From an uncultured delta proteobacterium (GTDB lineage Bacteria > Desulfobacterota > Desulfuromonadia > Geobacterales > DSM-12255): a stretch of DNA of 64,000 bases. Position 1 is the first letter of the stretch; each line of letters opens with the position of its first letter. This document shows, piece by piece, positions 20,398 through 31,425 of this stretch. The stretch is taken from the NCBI GenBank assembly GCA_963787125.1, contig CAWBBV010000001.1, forward strand, positions 480,001 to 544,000. Direction: 5' to 3'. The notes beneath the pieces were generated by a model. It searched no databases. It was given only the letters and a program-made list of their open reading frames with translations, and was not told the origin of the DNA. Both the position numbers and the translations under genes were made by a program.

Positions 20398-20591
20398 TGA
20401 CTGTCTCCCTGACAAATGGGGAAGTTTGTGGGTGGGCGGTCAAATCACTCATATGGAAAGAAGAGAATGTTTCACGAAGTACTACTGAATTTCCATTAAG
20501 AATAGATCAGGTTTTACGAGCTGATCTACGACAAAAGCGGCAAAAGTGGTCTCCGGAAGGACTTGAAGCGTGACGTCTGAAACTCCCCGAT

Positions 20592-20900
20592 TTGATTTAC
20601 GCCTGGCTTATTGGAGTAGGTCTTGGCCGGGCACTTTTTCAGGCAGCAAATAATGCTGCTGTCCTTTCACAAGCGCCAGAAGGAACAACTACTGTCGCAT
20701 CAGGTCTTCTTTCCATCGCCCGCGTATCGGGGCAGGCACTGGGGAGTGTCCTTGCAGGCACACTTTGGGGTGCATTGGAGCACTCCGGCTCAAGATATGC
20801 CTTTCTGGTGATCAATTTAATTCTTGGTGGAGTTGCAGCTCTGTCAGGTTTACTGATCATAGGTCGAAGCAGAATCGGCAGGCAAGCTTTACGAGAATAG
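20592..20900 (+). pseudogene. C-terminal fragment of an MFS transporter
   Basis: GLGRALFQAANNAAVL...ASGLLSIARVSGQALG matches MFS C-terminal helices; no N-terminal half. Confidence 0.7.
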
Positions 20901-21184
20901 TTCATGCAGCATTGTCCTATCATGGTATGCCCCCGTCATGGTCAAGAATCCAGACATGACTACGACAATGTTGTTTTCAACTATTTCGATCCGGAGGATT
21001 GCCAAAAGACATTTTAGCTGGGCGGCCGACTTAAAGAATCTGTTGAAAATTAACCCGGCAAAAGAATCTGACCCCCTCCGAAATGTGATACGGAAATTTA
21101 TTCAGGGGTGCTTTTAGGGGTAGCTCATAAAATCCAACAAGTGATATATAAATTATTACAGTATGTTGCATTATTAGTTATACT

Positions 21185-21279
21185 GACTACCTCCAGTAAA
21201 AACAAGGGGTTACAGCTTGATGCTGGAACCCTTTTTTTTATAGCCTGACAAGTGTGAACGTATGCGTGAACGTTTAAAG
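21185..21279 (+). repeat. Imperfect direct repeat copy 2 (att-like; end of accessory region)
   Basis: Aligns to 12703-12799; core-type genes resume immediately after. Confidence 0.8.
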
Positions 21280-21485
21280 GTGTGCTTGCAGAGTGATATA
21301 GGACTGACATAGGAGTTCTTTATATGAATTTTTCCAGAATAAAATGTGGCAACTACCCGCGCCAGAACTGCTTTTTACTTCGTTAAGATTAACCGGGTGG
21401 AAGTATTCACAAAGAGATACAGCTTTAAAATTATATCTCATTTTGTTTATAATCTAACGCTTATAGGTTGGAAAACGGAGGTCTT

Positions 21486-23495
21486 ATGCCAATAACAACC
21501 CATCGCTCTGTCTGCCCTTACGACTGCCCGGACGCCTGCGGGCTGCTTGTGGAGGTTGAAGACGGTCGCGCCGTGAAGGTGAGTGGCGATCCTGATCATC
21601 CTTACACCAGGGGCTCTCTCTGCGCCAAGATGCAGCGCTATGAACTGACGGTCCACTCCGAAAGGCGGCTGACGACACCGCTTTTGCGCAATGGCAAGAA
21701 GGGTGACGGCTTGTTCGTGCCGATCTCCTGGGACGAAGCGATTCAGCGTATTGCCGAAGAATGGCGCAAAATCATTGCCGATTTCGGCGCAGAGGCGATT
21801 CTGCCCTACTCTTATGCCGGCACAATGGGGATTGTGCAGCGGAACAGCGGGCACCCCTTCTTCCATCGGCTCGGTGCTTCACGGCTGGACAGGACGATCT
21901 GTTCGCCGGCAAAGAGCGCCGGCTGGAAAGCCGTCATGGGGGATACGCCGACTGTTGATCCTGATGAGGTGGTCAACAGCGATCTGGTCATTCTCTGGGG
22001 GATCAATGCGGCGGCGACCTCAATCCACTTTATGCACCGGGTCCATGAAGCGAAGAAAAAGGGGGCCAAGGTCTGGCTGATTGATACTTATAAAACGCCG
22101 ACTGCTGCGGCTGCCGACAGGGTTTTTCTGGTCAGGCCGGGAAGTGACGGCGCACTGGCCCTGGCGCTCATGCATATCCTGCAACGTGATGATCTGGTGA
22201 ATAGGAGGTTCATTGTGGAGAAGGTGCAGGGTTTTGCGCGCTTCACTGCCGAGATACTTCCTGACTGGACGCCGGCAGCTGCCAGCCGGGTGACGGGTGT
22301 TCCGCTTGCCGAGATAGAACTGATGGCTGCAGCCTACGCCGCGGCCAAGGCGCCGTTCATCAGGATCGGTAGCGGTCTTTCCCGCTACGGCAACGGCGCC
22401 ATGACGGTCAGGACGATTGCCTGTCTGCCAGCACTTGTGGGCGCTTACGGCAAGCGTGGTGCAGGCTGTTTCCCTGACACGTCCACCGGCGCTGCTCTTG
22501 CCATGAGCGAAGTGCTTCGTGAGGATTTTATGGCAGTGCCGACCAGGGTCATCAATATGAACCAACTCGGTGACGCTCTTGGCAAATTGAACGACCCGCC
22601 GGTGAAGTCACTGTACGTGTATCACAGCAACCCGGCGGCAATTACCCCCGATCAAAATGCCGTCATCGCCGGGCTGATGCGCAACGACCTTTTTACGGTT
22701 GTGCACGAACGTTTCATGACCGACACCGCCCGTTATGCCGATATTGTCCTGCCAGCCACCTCTTCGCTGGAACACCCGGATATTTACCGGGCCTATGGAA
22801 CCTACTGCCTGCAGCGAGCCGGTCAAGTTGTCCCAGCCGTTGGCAGCAGCCGGTCAAACAGCCAGGTTTTCGCGTTGCTGGCAGCGGCAATGGGTTTTGA
22901 GGAAGATTTCTTTCGTCAGGATACGGACAGGCTCATTGACCAGCTGCTGGCTTTGCCGTCTCCGCTGCGAAGAGAAATTGACCTTCAGCGACTCACTGCC
23001 GGGAAAGCTGTCCGGCTGGATGTGACAACGGATCAGAGCCGTTTTTTGACCCCTTCAGGCAAGATTGAAATCCTCAACCCTGTTGAAAAGGAGCCGCTGC
23101 CGCGCTATCTGCCGACACATGAAGACGGGGGCGTATTGCCGCTGCGCTTGATGACAGCGCCATCGATTCATGCACTGAACGCGTCGTTCTACGAGCGTGA
23201 TGACTTAAGGGAGAAGCAGGACAGGATGTCCCTGCTGATGAATCCAGAAGATGCAAAGGTGCGGAACCTGCTCGACGGGGAGGTTGTTACCGCCTGGAAC
23301 AGTCTTGGGACAGTGAATTTTTTCTTGAAGGTGACAGCAGCGGTGCCGGTAGGGGTCGTGGTTGCCGAGGGGGTCTGGTGGCTGGAATTTGCTCCGGGCA
23401 AGAGTTCTGTTAATGCCCTTGTGTCACAACGACTCACCGATCAGGGCGGGGGCAGCACTTTTTATGACAACAGCGTTGATGTCAGGAAAGCCTGA
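21486..23495 (+). CDS. Molybdopterin-dependent oxidoreductase (DMSO reductase superfamily)
   Basis: CPYDCPDAC...GDPDHPYTRGSLCAK, PISWDEA, FMTDTARYADIVLPA. Confidence 0.93.
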   Translation: MPITTHRSVCPYDCPDACGLLVEVEDGRAVKVSGDPDHPYTRGSLCAKMQRYELTVHSERRLTTPLLRNGKKGDGLFVPISWDEAIQRIAEEWRKIIADFGAEAILPYSYAGTMGIVQRNSGHPFFHRLGASRLDRTICSPAKSAGWKAVMGDTPTVDPDEVVNSDLVILWGINAAATSIHFMHRVHEAKKKGAKVWLIDTYKTPTAAAADRVFLVRPGSDGALALALMHILQRDDLVNRRFIVEKVQGFARFTAEILPDWTPAAASRVTGVPLAEIELMAAAYAAAKAPFIRIGSGLSRYGNGAMTVRTIACLPALVGAYGKRGAGCFPDTSTGAALAMSEVLREDFMAVPTRVINMNQLGDALGKLNDPPVKSLYVYHSNPAAITPDQNAVIAGLMRNDLFTVVHERFMTDTARYADIVLPATSSLEHPDIYRAYGTYCLQRAGQVVPAVGSSRSNSQVFALLAAAMGFEEDFFRQDTDRLIDQLLALPSPLRREIDLQRLTAGKAVRLDVTTDQSRFLTPSGKIEILNPVEKEPLPRYLPTHEDGGVLPLRLMTAPSIHALNASFYERDDLREKQDRMSLLMNPEDAKVRNLLDGEVVTAWNSLGTVNFFLKVTAAVPVGVVVAEGVWWLEFAPGKSSVNALVSQRLTDQGGGSTFYDNSVDVRKA

Positions 23496-23505
23496 GATTC
23501 TGAGC

Positions 23506-24222
23506 TCACTCTTTTTTACCAAGCGCTTCTTCAAAGTAGGTCTCAATTAAGGCGATGACTGAAGGGTCGATGTCGGTGAATTCGACGCCTACCCCGGCAG
23601 GATAGCCAGGTTTCTTGAGTGAATCGGCGTTGTTCTCCCAGGCTACTCTGGCTCTTGCCGCCACGAGGACATTATTGCCACTCAACGGCAGGGAGAATGA
23701 GAGATCAATCGGGTCATCGGGCATGGCATCGCCGGGAAGGGCAATAAAGAGGCCTCCCTGACTGATATCGGTAATCATGCCGTAACGCGGCTCGCCGTTT
23801 TTTAGAAACTGGACATCGGCAGAAAGGCTGAAGCGGCGCCTGCGCCGTTCAAAATCCGCGATGTTTTTCCGCCCTTTTTCCAGAAAGATCTTGCCGTTTA
23901 TCGGTTTTGTTATGTAATCATCGCAGCCTGCTGCCCGGCAGGAAAGCTCGTCCTCCTCTCGCCCGGCAGTTGTTACCATGATGACGGGAATCCCCTTGGT
24001 GGAGGGGTCGGCTTTCAGTGCTCGGCAACAGGTCGGTCCGTCCATTATCGGCATGTTCAGGTCGAGATAGATCAGGTCAGGATGTTCGCGCTTGACGATT
24101 TCCAAAGCTTCAGCGCCGTTGTGCGCCACCAGGATATCAACCGGTAACCCCTTTAGAAAGGCTTTTTCAAGTTCAAGAAGAAGATGGACATCATCAACCA
24201 GCAGGATTTTCTTTCTCGACAT
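23506..24222 (-). CDS. Response regulator with PilZ domain
   Basis: ILLVDD, LDLNMP, YITKP; RRRRR...DISQGG PilZ motifs. Confidence 0.9.
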   Translation of the reverse strand: MSRKKILLVDDVHLLLELEKAFLKGLPVDILVAHNGAEALEIVKREHPDLIYLDLNMPIMDGPTCCRALKADPSTKGIPVIMVTTAGREEDELSCRAAGCDDYITKPINGKIFLEKGRKNIADFERRRRRFSLSADVQFLKNGEPRYGMITDISQGGLFIALPGDAMPDDPIDLSFSLPLSGNNVLVAARARVAWENNADSLKKPGYPAGVGVEFTDIDPSVIALIETYFEEALGKKE

Positions 24223-24285
24223 GGGACTTTCTCCTTGTTAAAAAAAATACCACAAGAATATTGATAGGGCAATTCATACCGCAAA

Positions 24286-25326
24286 ATGAGATTGAAACCG
24301 GAACTCAGCATAATAATACCGACTCTCAACGAAGAGGAAAGCCTGCAAGGGCTGCTATTGTCACTTGCCTTACAGGTTGAGGTCGAGCTGGAGGTTATCA
24401 TCGCCGATGGTGGTTCTGCTGATCTTACCTGCACAGTTGCTGTGGAATCCGGAATGGTGATTACCGTGCTTAAGGGGAGGAAGGGGCGAGCCCTGCAGCT
24501 CAATAGTGGCGCCGCAGTGGCACATGGGACCAATCTTCTTTTTCTCCACGCTGATTCAGAATTTAGTGACCGGCGGGCGTTAAGGAAGTCACTCGACTTT
24601 CTTCGGCTGAGTTCGATGCAGGACTCCGGACGTTCAGCTGCCGGGCATTTTGCCATCAACTTCAGAGTAAGCGTGGAGAGCAGTCAGTCAGGCTACAGCT
24701 ATCTGGAGCGCAAGGCGGGACTGAACCGCAAAGGCTGTTCTCATGGCGATCAGGGGATTCTGATTCCGGCGGAGCTCTTCAGCAAATACGATCGTTTTGA
24801 CGAAAGCTGTCAAATGCTGGCAGAAACGCGCTTTGCGGACAGCTTGCGTGATAATGGCGAGTGGCTGTTGCTGCCTGCGGTGATAACCACTTCTGCCCGG
24901 CGTTTTGAATGTGAAGGGCTGAAAGAAAGGCAGATTCTCAACGCCGTCATCATGGCTCTTGGCGCCTGTGGACGGGAAGAATTGCTTGACCTGCCGGGGC
25001 TCTACCTGCCGCCGCAGCAGGGGTCAAAACTGCAGTTGCAACCGTTTTTCAGGGAAATAGAAAAAGGATTATCGGCTCTTGAAACAGGAGTGCGGGTTGA
25101 TTTCTGGAGAAAAACCGGAGAATATGTCTGTGAAAACGCCTGGCAGATACCGTTCTGGATTGATGTTCTGCTTGATTACCGCGGTACTTCCAGCCGGCAA
25201 GAGGGGAGTAATCGACTGCTTGAGTTTTATGATCGCCATTTGCAACGAATTGTTAACAGCAGGATCACAGCGCGGCTTGCAGCTTGTGCAAGCCGTGTCT
25301 GGCTTTGGTGTATGGCCAGGTTGTGA
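24286..25326 (+). CDS. Family 2 glycosyltransferase (TIGR04283-like)
   Basis: SIIIPTLNEE, ADGGSAD, GRALQLNSGA, LFLHAD, HGDQG, TTSARRF. Confidence 0.85.
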   Translation: MRLKPELSIIIPTLNEEESLQGLLLSLALQVEVELEVIIADGGSADLTCTVAVESGMVITVLKGRKGRALQLNSGAAVAHGTNLLFLHADSEFSDRRALRKSLDFLRLSSMQDSGRSAAGHFAINFRVSVESSQSGYSYLERKAGLNRKGCSHGDQGILIPAELFSKYDRFDESCQMLAETRFADSLRDNGEWLLLPAVITTSARRFECEGLKERQILNAVIMALGACGREELLDLPGLYLPPQQGSKLQLQPFFREIEKGLSALETGVRVDFWRKTGEYVCENAWQIPFWIDVLLDYRGTSSRQEGSNRLLEFYDRHLQRIVNSRITARLAACASRVWLWCMARL

Positions 25327-25329
25327 TCG

Positions 25330-25506
25330 CTACTTCTGCTTGGCAGGCTTGATGATGTCTACTTCTGATTCGCCTTCTACTGATTGGTGTCGCCAGACAA
25401 GGCCGCAGGCACCGCACTCCTTGACCGGGTTTTCGTCAGAAGTGAAGCCTTCGGAGTGAAGGTCGATTGATATTGATTTCCTTTCGCCACAGTTTGGACA
25501 TTTCAT
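25330..25506 (-). CDS. 58-aa zinc-ribbon protein (absent from the ORF track)
   Basis: AGGAG RBS; MKCPNCG...KECGACGLVW...; TAG at 25330-25332; follows the aminotransferase. Confidence 0.75.
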   Translation of the reverse strand: MKCPNCGERKSISIDLHSEGFTSDENPVKECGACGLVWRHQSVEGESEVDIIKPAKQK

Positions 25507-25529
25507 GATTCTCTCCTTATTCTACCGCA

Positions 25530-26609
25530 CTAAATTTTACCGAGACAATCCTCAATCACGGCAGTGAACTCCCGCAGATCTTCCGGCTGCATATCACCCA
25601 TGTGGGCAATTCGGAAAGTCTTCCCTTTGATCTTACCATAACCGTCATCAAAAGCATAACCGCGTTCGCCGAGCATCTTCTTGAGCGCTGCCAGATCAGT
25701 TCCTATGGTGTTGACGGCACAGGTCAGTGTCCGGGAGCAGTAGCGCTCTTCAGGGAAAAGTCCGTAACCCTGAGCTATTACCCAGCTGCGAACCTGCTCG
25801 GCCATGATGCGGTGCCGCTCCCATCTTGCTTCAAGACCCTCGGCAAAGAACCGTTCAAGCTGTTTGTCGAGGGCGTAGATCAAAGAGATGCAAGGGGTTG
25901 ACGGAGTGTTGTCCTTGTCATCATTAACAGCAAACTCAAGGAAATCGAAGTAGTAACCGCGCCCCTCAATCGTTGCAGCCCGTGCCAGAGCCTTCTCTGA
26001 GGCGGTAAAGACTGCCAGACCGGGTGGCAGAGCAAACGCCTTTTGCACGCCAAAGATGCAGCAGTCGATACCAAGTTCGTCCAGTGGTATTTTGACCGCG
26101 CTCATGGAAGAGACCGTGTCGATAATGGAGACTACCTCAGGGTAGCGGCGCAGCACTGCACAAATATCCTCAAGCGGGGACATGACGCCGGTTGAGGTTT
26201 CGTTATGGATCAAGGTCATCGAATCATATCTGCCGGTGGCAAGCGCCTCTTCCACCATTTCGGGCGTGATCGGCTTGCCCCACTCAACCTTGAAGGCGTC
26301 GGCCTCTTTGCCGCAGCGCTTGGTGACGTCGTGCCACTTGTCAGAAAAAGCGCCATTGCAGAAATTGGCGCACCTTTTGCCAACCAGGTTGCGAACTGCC
26401 CCTTCCATGACGCCAAAAGCGCTGGAAGTCGCAAGGAATACCCGCCCTTCTGTAAAGAGGAGTTTCCTCAGATTCGCTTTGATGCGGGCATGAATGACGG
26501 CGTACTCTTTCATGCGATGACCGATCATCGGGGTCGACATAGTTGCCAGGATCTCCGGCGCGATTTCGACCGGGCCGGGGATGAAGAGTTTTTTGTGGGC
26601 AGATGGCAT
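25530..26609 (-). CDS. Class V PLP aminotransferase (alanine-glyoxylate/serine-pyruvate family)
   Basis: LFIPGP, HNETSTG, DTVSS, GVQKAFALPPG, FRIAHMG. Confidence 0.93.
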   Translation of the reverse strand: MPSAHKKLFIPGPVEIAPEILATMSTPMIGHRMKEYAVIHARIKANLRKLLFTEGRVFLATSSAFGVMEGAVRNLVGKRCANFCNGAFSDKWHDVTKRCGKEADAFKVEWGKPITPEMVEEALATGRYDSMTLIHNETSTGVMSPLEDICAVLRRYPEVVSIIDTVSSMSAVKIPLDELGIDCCIFGVQKAFALPPGLAVFTASEKALARAATIEGRGYYFDFLEFAVNDDKDNTPSTPCISLIYALDKQLERFFAEGLEARWERHRIMAEQVRSWVIAQGYGLFPEERYCSRTLTCAVNTIGTDLAALKKMLGERGYAFDDGYGKIKGKTFRIAHMGDMQPEDLREFTAVIEDCLGKI

Positions 26610-26893
26610 ATTATCCAATCCTTTTAACAACCTTAATTATTTCATTAAATTAGCAAATTGCGACGCTGCTGTCAAGCGCCGGCGCTACCCTGATCGGCTG
26701 CTGAAAGCCGGCAGAAAAGCGATAAAATACCGACACTTTTGTATACAGCATACCGGTTTTTTTGATTGCATTTATGTTAACCCTCTTTTATCATGCGTTC
26801 TTGATTAAGCCCCTAAAATATGTTTTAACTAATAAAACATCGTTTAACTGCCATACATATCATCGGTACAAATTTAGCAACGGAGGAAAAAAG

Positions 26894-28777
26894 ATGTTCA
26901 AATGGAAAACGGTTTATGCAGCGATCTCATTCTTACTAATGACGGTTGCCTCAACAGCGTTTGCAGAGCAGGGGATGGCGATTGACCCTGCAACCTGTCT
27001 CGGTTGTCACAGCAACAAGATGTCGATCAGCGGTTTTGCCGCCTCTGTCCACGGCAAGAACGGTTGTACCAGCTGCCATGTCGAAATAACCGATCTTGCC
27101 AAGCATATGCGCGGGGAGACCAAAGTCTACAAGGTCGCTTGCGAAAGGTGTCACAAGAAAGAGAACGCCGAACATTACAACAGCATCCATGTGCAGAAAA
27201 ATGTTCGTTGTGCTGACTGTCACACAGACATTCACACCCATACTCATTGGAAAAAAGACAAGAAAATTGCCGTGGCAAAGTGCATCCAGTGCCACGACAA
27301 GGAGTCGATGTACCGGAATTCCGTCCATGGCAAGGCGGTAGCCGCGGGTAACATGGACTCTGCCGCCTGTCACGACTGTCATAATCTTCACGAGGTGCGC
27401 CCTCTGGTCAAAGGTTCTTATGAAGAGCGCCTGTTCCACTCGAAAGTCTGCATGAAATGCCATGCAGATGAAAAGCTGATGAGGAAGAACGGCGTTACCA
27501 ATGTAGCCGTCAAGTCGTACCTTGACAGCTACCATGGCAAAAACTATAAACTCGGTTTCCCCGAGAAGGTCGCAGGCTGCGCTGACTGCCACTCTGCCCA
27601 CTCGATTCTTCCCAAGAGCGATCCAAACTCAAACCTGCACCCCAATAACCTGGTGAAGATGTGTGCCAATTGCCACCCCAAGGCGACTCCGGCATTTGCC
27701 AAATACTACGCCCACGGCACCCATGACCGGGAAAAATACCCTCTGCTTTTCTACACCTTTGTTGCCATGACAGGTCTGTTGCTCGGCACATTTGCGGTGT
27801 TCTGGGTGCATACCCTGCTCTGGATGTTCAGGGGCTTTGTGGAAAATCGTGAAAAAGCCGATGCGCTCCAGGCCGGGCATGCCCATCACATTCATGTTAC
27901 TGATGCTGGGACACATCTTCATGTCATTCCAGATGCTCACAAGCAGTACCGTCGCTTTAACAGGATCCATATCTTTCTGCATCTGCTGGTAATCACCAGC
28001 TTCCTCGGGCTCTCGCTTACCGGTCTGCCGTTGAAGTTCAGCGATCAGGCCTGGGCAATCTTCATGATGAAGCTTTACGGTGGCTCAGCCAACGCAGGGT
28101 TCTGGCACCGTATCTGCGCCGGCATCACTTTTGTTTACTTCGGCTCGGCAATCGTCATGAGTATCAACTTCCTTTTCTTCAAAAAAGATATCAAAGGGAA
28201 CCCTTTGCAGAGGCTGTTCGGCCCGGATTCGCTCTGTCCGAACCTACGCGATATCTTCGATGTGATCAACATGGTCAAGTGGTTCTTCTTTAAGGGGCCA
28301 AAGCCGACTTTCGAGCGGTGGACGTACTGGGAGAAATTCGACTTCATCGCGGTCTTCTGGGGTATGTTTGCTATTGGAGGTTCAGGTCTGATGCTCTGGT
28401 TCCCGGAAATTTTCGGCATGTTCCTGCCTGGGTGGGCCTTTAATATAGCCACAATCGTTCATTCTGACGAAGCGCTCCTGGCAACAGGCTTCATCTTCTC
28501 GGTTCACTTCTTCAATACCCACGGTCGCCCGGAGAAGTTCCCGATGGACTTTGTAATTTTCAACGGCCAGATCTCCAAAGAGGAGATGATTGAAGAGCGT
28601 GGCGATCAGTGGAAACGCTACGAAAAAGACGGCATTACCGAGAAGTTCGCTGCCAAGCGTACCAGCGGCATCGTCTACGACTTCCTGGTAAAAGGGTTTG
28701 GTTTCACGGCGCTGATGATAGGGATAGGTCTGTTGATGCTGATGATAATAGCTTTTCTCGGCGGTGGTTCTCACTAA
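26894..28777 (+). CDS. cbcL: CbcL-type inner-membrane c/b cytochrome (9 c-hemes + cytochrome b domain)
   Basis: Signal peptide, nine CxxCH motifs, FdnI-like membrane domain (RWTYWEKFDF, HSDEALLA). Confidence 0.88.
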   Translation: MFKWKTVYAAISFLLMTVASTAFAEQGMAIDPATCLGCHSNKMSISGFAASVHGKNGCTSCHVEITDLAKHMRGETKVYKVACERCHKKENAEHYNSIHVQKNVRCADCHTDIHTHTHWKKDKKIAVAKCIQCHDKESMYRNSVHGKAVAAGNMDSAACHDCHNLHEVRPLVKGSYEERLFHSKVCMKCHADEKLMRKNGVTNVAVKSYLDSYHGKNYKLGFPEKVAGCADCHSAHSILPKSDPNSNLHPNNLVKMCANCHPKATPAFAKYYAHGTHDREKYPLLFYTFVAMTGLLLGTFAVFWVHTLLWMFRGFVENREKADALQAGHAHHIHVTDAGTHLHVIPDAHKQYRRFNRIHIFLHLLVITSFLGLSLTGLPLKFSDQAWAIFMMKLYGGSANAGFWHRICAGITFVYFGSAIVMSINFLFFKKDIKGNPLQRLFGPDSLCPNLRDIFDVINMVKWFFFKGPKPTFERWTYWEKFDFIAVFWGMFAIGGSGLMLWFPEIFGMFLPGWAFNIATIVHSDEALLATGFIFSVHFFNTHGRPEKFPMDFVIFNGQISKEEMIEERGDQWKRYEKDGITEKFAAKRTSGIVYDFLVKGFGFTALMIGIGLLMLMIIAFLGGGSH

Positions 28778-28801
28778 CCAGAGAACTTCATAAGTAACAC
28801 C

Positions 28802-28833
28802 AAAAAAGGCTGCCGAAATGGCAGCCTTTTTTT
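28802..28833. terminator. Bidirectional intrinsic terminator
   Basis: aaaaaaggctgcc-gaaat-ggcagcctttttt between convergent genes. Confidence 0.85.
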
Positions 28834-28883
28834 GTAAGCGATACCAAGTAGAGAAGCTGTATTTGATAAGCCGTTACTTAGTT

Positions 28884-30138
28884 TCAGTGAGAATCCTTCA
28901 CGCCAAATACCGGCAGCACTCTGGTCACCAGGAAAAAAAGAACAAAGGGGGTGATGATAACTGCCAGGGCCCCGAAGAGCCCCTCTTTAAAAAGCTCAAT
29001 ACTGCTTGGCCAGATCGGGAGACGATAATCCATGAAGCCGGAGAACGAAGCAGAAAAGGCCTGTCCGCCGATAACGACGTTCCAGCGCATCATAAACACA
29101 CCCATGAGCACCAGTAAGGCGCCTATCAGCGCTCGCCGGATAGTCAGTCCCGGCCGCAGAAAAATGATGAAGGGTACCAGGTTCCCCAGGCCGTACTGGA
29201 GGATGAAGATCTTGAAAAAGTCCCTTTCGTAAATGACACTGCGGAGGATATCCCATGATTTGACCGCCGTGTAGGTGCGGAAGATCAGATCCAGCAATTC
29301 AAGGGTGATGGCCAGAACTAGAAACATGACCAGATATTTGACCGTCATGGTTACGGTCAGGATTTCGGCGCTTTTCAGATCCTCTGTAGAGGGAAGCCCC
29401 GGATTGGCTTTCCTTTTTCGGGCCAAGATCAGTTTGCGGATTTCCATGGTGATGATGTAGGTAACAATGCAGAGAGCTATTCCGGATACTATTGCCGAAC
29501 AGATGAAGATGACCGGCATGAGCGGCGTCATCCAGAGGGCATTGGCCTTGACCGAGCCGAAGATGAAGCCGGCATAACCATGCAGGAAGCAGGCGACCGG
29601 GATGCCGATCCCGGCCAGAACCCCTACCGCCTTTTCATCCTTGTGCAGAGCTTCCGGAGCTTAAATCCATGGCGCCCATGGAGAGGAGCGCATAGAGGCC
29701 AAGCTGGACCGACTCAAAACTGCTTCTTTGCGGTTTGGCGCGCAGCTCCAGGACCGTCTCGACGATAAATTGACGATAGACAAACCAGATTTCCGAGGCA
29801 ACGATCAACCCATAGGTTGTAAAGACGATGCCGAAGGCGGCAATGGCCGAGGTGAAGTGCGGAGTCATCATGACATAGATGCCCCGCTGTGGTTGCTGGA
29901 GATGCAGCAGTAGCGGCATCATGGCTACCGGGAGCAGTGCCAGTGAGAATACCAGTGAAAAACGGGCGATCTCTTTGAGCTGCTTGACCCCGAAGACGTG
30001 ATAGAGGGAGGAGAGAACAAAGGCTCCTGCCACAAGACCGGTCATGAAAGGGTACATGACGATCTGAATCGACCAGTAGATGTATTCATTCGGGTAGACA
30101 AAAAACTCTTTCAGGGTCCAGGCTTCACCGTGTACCAT
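28884..30138 (-). pseudogene. cbcU: NrfD/PsrC-family membrane subunit (CbcU-like), frameshifted near 29659
   Basis: YPFMTGLVAGAF, HLQQP, LHGYAGFIF, RWNVVIGGQ; removing one base joins the two ORFs. Confidence 0.8.
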
Positions 30139-30140
30139 GG

Positions 30141-30930
30141 CTATTTTACCTCCATTGAAGATCCCAGATAGAATACCTGTGGCTTGGTGCCGAACTCTTC
30201 CTTCAGAACATTCACCTGCTCCGTGGTGATGATCTTGGTGACCGGATCCTCAGGATCCCTGATGTTGCCCACCCGGCGGGCACCGAACGGACAGGCGTCC
30301 ACGCAGGCCGTCTTCATTCCCTTGGCAGAGGCGGTGATAGCAGAGGGTGCATTTCTCGGCAACGTGCAGTTGTCGGGTGGAAGTAGCGGACACCGTACGG
30401 GCAGCCCATGACGCAATAACCGCAACCGATGCACCAGGAGCGGTCAACCAGCACAACTCCATCCTGGGTCTGGTAGGTTGCCCCGACCGGGCAGACCTGA
30501 ACGCAGGGCGGGTTTTCGCAATGGTTGCAGAGTTTGGGAACAAAGAAAGCTTTAGCGATCTCCTCCGGCTTGACCTCCTTGAGCCCCATGCTGAGCCTGA
30601 TCGATTTTCTGGGTAAGTAAAACCGTCCCGGGCTCCTTTGGGTGAGTCGATCAGGGTCTGGCCATCATTGGTGATCACGTAGCGCTCCACCCAGGTTCGG
30701 GTGACGTTTGCATCCCAGTCGACATCATTTTCAATCTTGCAGGCTTTGACACAGAAGCCGCAACCGACACATTTGTGAACGTCGACCAGAAATACCCAGC
30801 GCACCTTGCCTTTTTCATTTTTTTCAGCGTGGAGTCTTTTGGGATTGAATACCTCCAATGCGCTGAGCGGTATGACAACGCCGCCTGCAACCAGCATCGC
30901 TTTCTTGCAGAATTCACGGCGGTTCATCAT
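30141..30930 (-). pseudogene. cbcT: Tat-exported 4Fe-4S dicluster protein (NrfC/CbcT-like), frameshifted near 30600, 30371 and 30327
   Basis: NRREF Tat motif; [42 protein letters not shown]...ACVDACP spread over three frames. Confidence 0.8.
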
Positions 30931-31425
30931 GACTTCACCTCCGGCTTCTGATGTTTCGGATTTGCCCTGGTCGGGTCATGGGGATAGTGGCACATGACGC
31001 ATTCTGCCTGAGGATAATGCTTCGCAGGATCAATGCCGGGGATTTTTGCCCGGGCGCTGTCTTTGTAAGGGAGATAGGCATGGCAGCGGATACAAAGCCC
31101 GCGGCTCCGGTCGATAGTCATGCCCGTCGGATTCTGCGGATGGTTGAGGTTAGGTCCATGACAGTTCTCACAACTGATAGCTCCATGGGGGGAGTCCTTG
31201 ATATCGTTATATTTGTCTTTGTGACATTCTCTGCAGACAGCAGCAGTCTTGTACTTGACCGGAACTTTCTGCCATTCAGCCTCATTGGACTTTGCGGTGC
31301 CAGCCATACATGTAGCCGCGTTCCTGTATGCCAAAATCATCCGGCACTAACAGTGTTCTGGTAGCCAGGATCCCGCCGACTATCGCCAGCACTATGAATA
31401 ATGGTCGCCAAACATGATTCTTCAA
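30927..31425 (-). pseudogene. cbcS: Tetraheme cytochrome c (CbcS-like), frameshifted near 31291
   Basis: TTG start with AGGAGG RBS, MKNHVWRPLFIVL... anchor, then four CxxCH motifs in another frame. Confidence 0.75.

Noticed and set aside
20925..21080. Possible transposase remnant with a TCTGACCCC motif
   Set aside because: Too short and degenerate to call
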